Assembly: GCF_009914755.1 (NCBI RefSeq)
Contig: NC_060941.1
DNA: 64,000 bases
Strand: one strand, 5' to 3'
Source: the human T2T-CHM13v2.0 reference genome, Homo sapiens
In this document: in pieces, positions 38,828-64,000 of the stretch
Numbering within the stretch: position 1 is the first letter of the stretch
How the letters are laid out: every line of letters starts with the position of its first letter
Notes under the pieces: generated by a model
Seen by the model: the letters and a program-made list of their open reading frames with translations, nothing else
Database searches by the model: none
What the model was told of the DNA's origin: nothing
Translations under genes and position numbers: made by a program

Positions 38828-38873
38828 GAGCTCCCACCTTACCTTGGCAAACTGGATGTCTCATTTCAAAGAG
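38828..38873 (+). CDS. GDPD1: GDPD1 exon 4
   Basis: tttaaAG| ELPPYLGKLDVSFQR(A) |GTAATA; 46 nt, frame-consistent. Confidence 0.9.
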
Positions 38874-39197
38874 GTAATATTTTTTGTTTGTGGCTTAAAC
38901 ATTTGTGTTGAGAAGCATATGTGTGTTTTCTTGTCATAGTAAGTTCTTACTAAAAGTAACTGACCTCTAAGTTTGTTCCCTCAGGCCTACAAATCTGAAT
39001 ACTTGAAAATTATCTGACGTGAAATTATCAGGTCCAAAGAGTTAAGTGATTCATTCTGCTTAAATTCATGTACAGTTAACTTAAACCTGAACACTGATTG
39101 CAAGAAACATTTCACTTCTAAAGCTTCAAATTCTAGAATATTGCCGCAACTTATATTAGTCATCCATCAAAAAATATAATAAAAAATAAATGAAAAG

Positions 39198-46440
<7,243 letters not shown>

Positions 46441-46761
46441 AGAGACTAGAGAAAGACTAAAGAAAATAATCCTCAGGAAATATAAAGAACAATTAAAGTC
46501 CCCTTCTAATTTTTTCATTACTTGAATTTTCTTTGAATAACTGCATTCATATAATTCTTCAACACATTACTGATTTAGTGTATACTTCCCTTGCCTGAAT
46601 GTTATTTTTAATCTCTGAAAAAGTCAATGATGATATAGCAAAACTTTAGAAACAATCTCAGTATCTACTAGTAGGGAAATGGTTAAATTAAAATAAATTA
46701 TTGTATAGCTACTCAATGGAGTATTTTGACATCTTTTAAAAAATTATGATAGAATCAGATC

Positions 46762-46915
46762 GGTGGATTGTATCAATGTCAGTATCATGGTTGTGATATT
46801 GTACTATAGATTTGCAAGAAGGTTACCACTGGGAAATCTGGGTAAAGGGTACATGGACCCTATTATTTCTTACAATTGATTGTGAATCTGTAGTTATCTC
46901 AAAATAAAAAATTAA
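46762..46915 (+). mobile_element. L1MC/MD 3' end fragment
   Basis: ctgggtaaagggtacatgga...atctcaaaataaaaa. Confidence 0.65.
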
Positions 46916-47224
46916 TAAATCATAATCATAAGCACAGTAAATCAACAGGAAAATATTTATTTTTATGTGAAAATATCAAGTTAAAATCTGTAGCACATCA
47001 TATTATTAGTATATTAAATCATGCATAGGAAAAAAGAGTAGAGAAAGTACACCAGATGGTCATAGCATTTATATCTAAGTTGTTGGATTTACATGATTTT
47101 TTTCTTCTCTATACTTTTCCTTATTTTATAAATGTCCTTTAATGAATATATACAATACCTTCTCTAGTCATCAAAAAGTAAAACTTATATTTAAAAAATA
47201 CATTTAAAAATCTTGCTTTCTCAG

Positions 47225-47343
47225 CATGCCAGTGTGAAGGAAAAGATAACCGAATTCCATTACTGAAGGAAGTTTTTGAGGCCTTTCCTAACACTCCCAT
47301 TAACATCGATATCAAAGTCAACAACAATGTGCTGATTAAGAAG
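47225..47343 (+). CDS. GDPD1: GDPD1 exon 5
   Basis: tctcAG| CQCEGKDNRIPLLKEVFEAFPNTPINIDIKVNNNVLIKK |GTACTC; 119 nt. Confidence 0.94.
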
Positions 47344-47853
47344 GTACTCAAGGCATTGCCTCCTCTGGGTGTGTTGCATCCTATTTCACAAACTAAATAA
47401 GGTTAGAGTGAGTGACTGCATAGATTGATAATGCTCAAGGAAATGTGATACCCTAGGGATCAGCATTGTTTTAAATAATGCCTTAGTAGAAGAGATCATT
47501 TTACTGTAGGAGAGAGCCTATTTTCAGAGAGAGTTGGCATGTCATGGATAAAATAAGGTTGTATGAACCAATCATTCTGGCATTTATGTAATTATCTTCT
47601 AGTTTAACTTGTTTCATTCATGGTTAGTTTATGTCAAATTACTAAATAACTCTATTCTGTTAAATAAATTATATAATGATATAATGTGAATAAATTTTGC
47701 ATTTTATAAAATATTCTAAATTTACATATTGATTCTTCCAAAAGTTATGCTATTCATTCACAGATAGTCAATTCTAATTCATTTTTTAAGTGAAATGTTG
47801 TTAGTGGATTTGCAAATAGGCACATGCATAAAATTTTGAATTTTCACACGTAG

Positions 47854-47943
47854 GTTTCAGAGTTGGTGAAGCGGTATAATCGAGAACACTTAACAGTGTG
47901 GGGTAATGCCAATTATGAAATTGTAGAAAAGTGCTACAAAGAG
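47854..47943 (+). CDS. GDPD1: GDPD1 exon 6
   Basis: acgtAG| VSELVKRYNREHLTVWGNANYEIVEKCYKE |GTAAGC; 90 nt. Confidence 0.93.
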
Positions 47944-48024
47944 GTAAGCTTCAAAAATGATACAGAATTATCTATCTTTGTTGTTGTTTTGTATCTACAA
48001 ATGATAAGTTATTATAGTAATAAT

Positions 48025-50692
<2,668 letters not shown>

Positions 50693-50844
50693 TCATAATC
50701 AAGTTTACATACATCATCAGGTAAGAGAATTTGAAATTTAAGATGTTAAAAAATCTTGAGCATTGAAGATGCTGAAATAATCTGTAATATAGAAGAAATA
50801 TCATGATGTAAGTAGCAATTTTCAAATACAAAGAACTCTTTGGT

Positions 50845-51299
<455 letters not shown>

Positions 51300-51489
51300 T
51301 GATCTGCCTGCCTCGGCCTCCCAAAGTGCTGGTATTACAAGTGTAAGCCACCACACCTGGCCTAAAGCAAGTATGTTTTATGTGCAGCAGGGGCTGAGAG
51401 ATCCCAAGGTAGCTGTGTACAAAAGGGAAGAACAGAGCAATCACTGGACTGAGTGGCTTTAGATTCCTAAGAACTTAGAACTTAGACTC

Positions 51490-53430
<1,941 letters not shown>

Positions 53431-53513
53431 GGCTCACTTTTGGCCTGTAATCATAGAACTTTTCCCTTGATTTCCATACTTTTCCAAACATCACAGTAAA
53501 AATGTCTCAATAA

Positions 53514-56560
<3,047 letters not shown>

Positions 56561-57147
56561 TATATGTATGTCTATCTTGTATTTTTAAAGTTTTGGGATA
56601 TTGAGCATATTTTCCAATAGAAACTTAAAATGGTGGTTAGATTCTTGGATTAGTTTACAAATCCTATTTATATTTTATATTTGATTCATAACATAGCTAA
56701 AAGATGACACATTTGCAACAGTATTGATATGTATCTATATATACTCATATATAGAGATATATAGCTACATATTTTTTAAACAGGAGTAAAGTTACTGAAT
56801 ATTCCATATATTCATCTTTTCATTTTGTTCCATTGGATTCTGACATGTTTAGTCTTTAGCTGTAAGTACTGTAACCAACGCAGAAGTGGTATTGCAAAAG
56901 CAGAGACGGTAATAGAGAAATTTTAGTAACATCATTATACTATGAGGCTCCAAGATCAATCCTGACCCATTTATCAAGGACTAGCCACTATTAAGTGTGG
57001 TGTTATTTGCAAATGAATATTCATAATCCCAGGAATGCTTGTAATAGATTTCAACACATTGTCTTGGGAAATACTGAGAGTTGTGAAGTAATCCTCTTTA
57101 TTTGAGCAGTTGTAAAAATAACATGTAATATTGCTTGTGTCTTTTAG

Positions 57148-57281
57148 AATTCAGATATTCCTATACTCTTCAGTCTACAACGTGTCCTGCTCATTCTTGG
57201 CCTTTTCTTCACTGGCCTCTTGCCCTTTGTGCCCATTCGAGAACAGTTTTTTGAAATCCCAATGCCTTCTATTATACTGAA
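57148..57281 (+). CDS. GDPD1: GDPD1 exon 7 (second hydrophobic segment)
   Basis: ttttAG| NSDIPILFSLQRVLLILGLFFTGLLPFVPIREQFFEIPMPSIIL(K) |GTAAGT; 134 nt. Confidence 0.94.
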
Positions 57282-57795
57282 GTAAGTGGTTACCCTTTTA
57301 TTTTAAAATCAATTATCAATTACAGAAAGACTAAGATAAAAGCTCACTAATATCAATATCAATGATGAAGAAGAGATTTCTGTAGTGATTTCCATGTTCT
57401 ATTACCTGACCTATATTATGCATTTTTATATAATTAAGACACATTCTCTAAAACAAATAATCAGGACCCATCTCAGATTATGATTTTCTGTGCCTGTATA
57501 GTCAGAAATCAGATAAAAGGAATTTAATTTAATTACAGAAGGTAAATAATTATTTTATTCTCACATCAAATAGCAGTTGCCCTCCACTTTCCCTTATTGC
57601 TTTCTACTTCATTGACAGCTTTACCCAGCTCAAATTCCATTAAACTCCAAATTAAACAATGGTATTACTGTAATACATTTAGGAAGAAAAAACCACCACC
57701 ACCATAAAAACCTCTGGAGATAGGAAAATAAAAGGGTATAGTTAGTTTATATAGGATACTGTTTTTATAGTGGTTTTTTGTTTTTTTTTTTTTGA

Positions 57796-58146
<351 letters not shown>

Positions 58147-58388
58147 TAAAAATACATAGATTGTAAAAATACATAGGTACATAAAAACACTTAGATTGCC
58201 TGACAAATACTAAGCACTCAAGAGTGATAGCTTTTATTGTTATCTTTGTTATTATAAAGAATGATAGCTTCATCTCAAAATTCTACACACGTAGAATGTG
58301 ATTTCTAGCTGTAGATTCATAACTGAATTATGGCAAAGGAATTTGGAATCGTTGGGGAGATGATTTAAATGTGATTTTATTTGCATGA

Positions 58389-58493
<105 letters not shown>

Positions 58494-58495
58494 TA

Positions 58496-58754
<259 letters not shown>

Positions 58755-59714
58755 TCAAGCTGAAGAGCTTTCCTCTTTTATAGCATGTCTCAATAAAGGT
58801 AATGACTTGGGGGAAAAAAATAAAGCTGAACGTTAGTGTAGCAGTCATCAGACAATATTGCTAAGAAAAGCAGGCCAGGTGCAGTGGCTCACGCCTGTAA
58901 TCCCAACATTTTGGGAGGCCGAGGCAGGAGGATCACGAGGTCAGGAGTTTGAGACCAGCCTGGCCAACATGGTGAAACCCCATCTCTACTGAAAATACAA
59001 AAATTAGCCAGGCTCGCCTGAACACGGGGGGCAGAAGTTGCGGTGAGCCAAGATCGCGCCACTGCACTCCAGCCTGAGCGACAGAGCGAGACTCCTTCTC
59101 AAAAAAAAATAAGAAAGAAAAACAATTGGCCGGGCGTGGTGGCTCATGCCTGTAATCCCAGCACTGTGGGAGGCTGAGGCGGGTGGATCACAAAGTCAGG
59201 AGTTCAAGACCAGCCTAGCCAACATGGTGAAACCCCGTCTCTACTAAAAATACAAAAATTAGCCGGGCACAGTGGCAGACACCTGTAATCTCAGTTACTC
59301 GGGAGGCTGAGGCAAGAGAGTCGCTTGAACCCCAGAGGTGGAGGTTGCAGTGAGTCGAGATGGCTGCACTCTAGCCTGGGCGACAGAGCAAGACTCTGTC
59401 TCAAAAAAGAAAAGAAAAGAAAAACAATTTAGTCAGTACTCTTGTGCTCAACTTCTATTTCATGCCTGTTTTCCAATTTCAGTATCTTAGTGATAAACAT
59501 GTTTATTTTATTTATTCCTAAATTATATTTATGAACATCTTTGTAGCTGTTTCTCAGACAAAACAATAGAAAACGCTTCTTGTCTACCCCCCCCCCCAAA
59601 AAACACCCTATTTTATTTGCTAGATTAAAATGATCCCTAAACATTTATTCCTGGCTGGGCCAGGGGCTCCTGCCTGTAATCTCAGCACTTTGGGAGGCAG
59701 AGGCAGGCGGATCA

Positions 59715-60101
<387 letters not shown>

Positions 60102-60241
60102 TTATGGATTAAGACACAAGCAGGATATATTTTGTGTGTTTTAATACTTCTATAGAAGACAATGGATATTTTCTAAGACAATATAGTGATTGTTTAATGA
60201 GGTAATCAGTATTTGAGCTACTAAATCCCTAATATTCCTGA

Positions 60242-60685
<444 letters not shown>

Positions 60686-61046
60686 TAAATTTGCCACATA
60701 CTAAATTGTAGGAGACAAAGCAGGAGAAAGATTTCACCAAAAAAGAAACGAGATATGAGCCTAGGGCACCAGGGTCTCTGGAAAGACAATATTTATTTAT
60801 TTATGTATGCATTTATTTATTTATTTATTTATTTATTACTTTTGAATAGGGATGGCAAAAAGTTAGCTTGAGACCAGTGCAAACAGAACCCAACTGGCCT
60901 TTATTTTATTTTTGTCCTTTTTACAAATATTTTTTGAGAATATACAAAGTACAAGGCACTGTTTTCATTTTTGAATTTGTTTCATTTTATCACACTGATA
61001 TATTTCTGTGTTTCTAATTTGTAATTCAAACTTTATTTTACCCTAG

Positions 61047-61106
61047 GCTAAAAGAACCACACACCATGTCCAGAAGTCAAAAGTTTCTCATCTGGCTTTC
61101 TGATCT
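61047..61106 (+). CDS. GDPD1: GDPD1 exon 8
   Basis: ccctAG| LKEPHTMSRSQKFLIWLSD(L) |GTAAGA; 60 nt. Confidence 0.92.
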
Positions 61107-62890
61107 GTAAGAATTTTAATTTCTTAATATGCAAGTTATTGCTTCAGCTATATTTATTAAATACTACCCTTAAAATGTTGTGCAAGCTTTCCACATGTAA
61201 TTTGTAACAAGGACAAATTGAGCACCTGCTATGTAAAATGTGTATGAATCATTTAGAAATATCTTAATTACTAATCACAAAATCTTAGGAAGAATCTTGA
61301 GAGATAATGTCCTCCAACTTCATGAGAAAACTGAGCCCCCATATACCCAGTTAAATTATTTACTTGGGGTTATCTAGCTAGTTAGTAGCAGAACTAGGTT
61401 AAATAACCATTCCCTTTAGCTTACTTGCTGGTGAAAAGAAGTGTAGCAACACAGTATATATAAAAGTGTATGTTGCCTACAGCACATTTCTCAGAAAAAT
61501 TTGCTCTGCACCAAGACTTAACAGCAGAAAGGAAATCCCACCTATAGAGTGGATATCAACTTTAAAGTAAATGCCTTAATTTAGACATGATGAGTTTAAT
61601 TTTAGTAAAAATCACTAAATAATTGTACTATATTTTGCTTTAAGATGGAACCTTGAATGCTTAAATATTTTAATAGTCCCAAATCACAACTTTTTATTAT
61701 TTAACGCCTTTTCTTCTTATTTTATTTTATTTTATTTTATTTTATTTATTTATTTATTCATTTTTTGAGATGGAGTCTTTCTCTGTCGCCCAGGCTGGAG
61801 TGCAGTGGTGTGATCTCGGCTCACCGCTTCCTGGGTTCAAGTGATTCTTCTGCCTCAGCCTCCCGAGTAGCTGGAACTATAGGTGCCTCCCACCATGCCT
61901 GGTTAGTTTTTGTATTTTTTAGTAGAGATGAGGTTTCATCATGTTGGCCAGGCTGATCTCGAACTCCTGGCCTCATGTGATCTGCCCACCTCAGCCTCCC
62001 AAAGTGCTGGGATTACAGGTGTGAGCCACCGCGCCCAGCCTTAACGCCTTTTTCAAAGAGTCTTAAACAATTAGTTTTATCTTTTCTCTCTGTCAGTGTT
62101 TATTCTTTTTTGCTTTATTCTTGATTTAAGCTCTAGTTTTCAAGGATGCCTTTTTTTTGTACTCAAGTAAAACCAGGATGCATTTTTTTTCTTTTTTCAA
62201 CCCTATTAACTGACAAGATGCATTGTTAATTGGTGTTAAAAGCACATGATTTCTAGTTTCTGTTATTTAATCATTCTAATAGACATAACAGAATAGAAAT
62301 AATGTCTTTCCAGTGCAATGAATTCCTATCTTGCTCAAGAGGTTTGTATTTTGAAAGTTCACTTATCAGTGAGTTACTTGGAACAAAAAAATATTTTTTC
62401 CCTAGACATAGGATAGTGTAATTAATGGACATAATGCTTCTAACATCGCTTACAAAAGACTAATCCATTGTGTAATGAACTATGATGTTATAGAAATTGA
62501 CCTGCATTTGTTGACTTATTTTAACTTGGAAAGTTAGGAACACACATTAATAGTAAGAAAGGAAAGCCAGCTCTTTCTCCTTCTTCAGCAGTGAAAATGA
62601 GGCAGCCTCTTTTCCATTGAGCTGTGCCAACAAGAATGGGTCTCCTATGAATCTGGTAGCAGCAAGAAGTAGAAAGGAGGTTCTGGTTGTCCACCAACCA
62701 GCAGCCTGCAGTGAAAGGAGATCCAGCAATTAAGACATAAATTAATTCACAACAGCTATTATTACTTGAGACCATTTCTTTTATTGCTGAAGCATTGGGA
62801 TTAAATTAAACTGGAATTACTAAACTCTAAATTGACTAAATTAGGACTAAGGACTAAATTCCTAAATCAGTTTTGCTTTTTCTTTTCTAG

Positions 62891-62942
62891 CTTACTAATG
62901 AGGAAAGCTTTGTTTGACCACCTAACTGCTCGAGGCATTCAA
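62891..62942 (+). CDS. GDPD1: GDPD1 exon 9
   Basis: ttctAG| LLMRKALFDHLTARGIQ |GTAAGT; 52 nt. Confidence 0.93.
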
Positions 62943-63154
62943 GTAAGTTTCTGGAATGATGCATTTTGGAAGCAGCATAGCTCACCAGTTTAACACAAAT
63001 ATAAAGGGCAAGAACTTTTAACTGACTTAGTTTGGCCCTTGACTCTGATGCTGCTGCTTTACTGATCCACAAATGAGGACCTTAAGCTCTTCCTTACACT
63101 TAGCAATAAAGCATTGGCATTTCTGGATCTAGATTCCTCTTATGTACAGAATAG

Positions 63155-63447
<293 letters not shown>

Positions 63448-63757
63448 TGATCTCGAACTCCGGACCTCAGGTGATCTGCCTGCCTTGGCCTCCCAAAGTG
63501 CTGGAATTACAGGCGTGAGCCACCGCGCTCAGCCAGGAGTCTGTATATTTAACAAGCACCATGAATTTTTTTTTAACACTCCTCATTCCTGTAAGGAACA
63601 AAGTGGAATTTTAAAAAAGGATCTAATGATTTATTTAAATGATAGCTTTAAAAGGTTATTTCTAAATGTACCAAGACTGTAGTGGATAAATACTGTTATA
63701 AAAATAATTTTCTATTTTAACATTTCTTCTCATACTTCTCACACTTCTAATTTTCAG

Positions 63758-63880
63758 GTGTATATTTGGGTATTAAATGAAGAACAAGAATACAAAAGAG
63801 CTTTTGATTTGGGAGCAACTGGGGTGATGACAGACTATCCAACAAAGCTTAGGGATTTTTTACATAACTTTTCAGCATAG
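63758..63880 (+). CDS. GDPD1: GDPD1 exon 10 (last coding)
   Basis: tttcAG| VYIWVLNEEQEYKRAFDLGATGVMTDYPTKLRDFLHNFSA*. The joined CDS is 945 nt = 314 aa + stop; contains the GDPD 'G..TD.P' motif. Confidence 0.95.
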   Translation: MYIWVLNEEQEYKRAFDLGATGVMTDYPTKLRDFLHNFSA

Positions 63881-64000
63881 AAAAAGAGGTACTTAGAAGT
63901 ATTGAAGGAAAAAATGAAGACCTAAGAAAAAAATATTTCATGATCATTTCCCTAAGCCATTTCCAGAATGGTAAAAGGTTTAATCAGTTTTTATTACCTC

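Noticed and set aside
38825-38830. NAGNAG tandem acceptor (AAG GAG) at GDPD1 exon 4
   Set aside because: A distal GAG is rarely used, and the effect would be one codon.

Overview
Primate, very likely human, genomic DNA. It is Alu-dense and carries two complete spliced genes in tandem on the + strand. SMG8 (NMD factor, SMG1 kinase regulator) has 4 coding exons at 154-5104 that join to 991 aa. GDPD1/GDE4 (glycerophosphodiester phosphodiesterase family lysophospholipase D) has a CpG-island promoter near 10.5 kb and 10 coding exons at 10702-63880 that join to 314 aa. All exon junctions were checked by hand for GT-AG and frame. The rest is mostly Alu, plus a near full-length fossil Tigger4/Zombi transposon, Tigger3, Charlie1, ERV1 LTRs, L1M fragments, a FAM monomer, a young AluYa5 and a Y3 RNA retropseudogene. 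There is no prokaryotic-type system. The best candidate for new biology is a stop + AATAAA + U/GU cassette directly behind the SMG8 exon-1 donor, which could give an intronless 588-aa SMG8 lacking its C-terminal inhibitory region. Other notable items are a local templated insertion with a repair-like junction and an unexplained hairpin/tandem-repeat element between the genes. Gene and repeat names come from recall of known sequences, not from a database search. Repeat boundaries are approximate.
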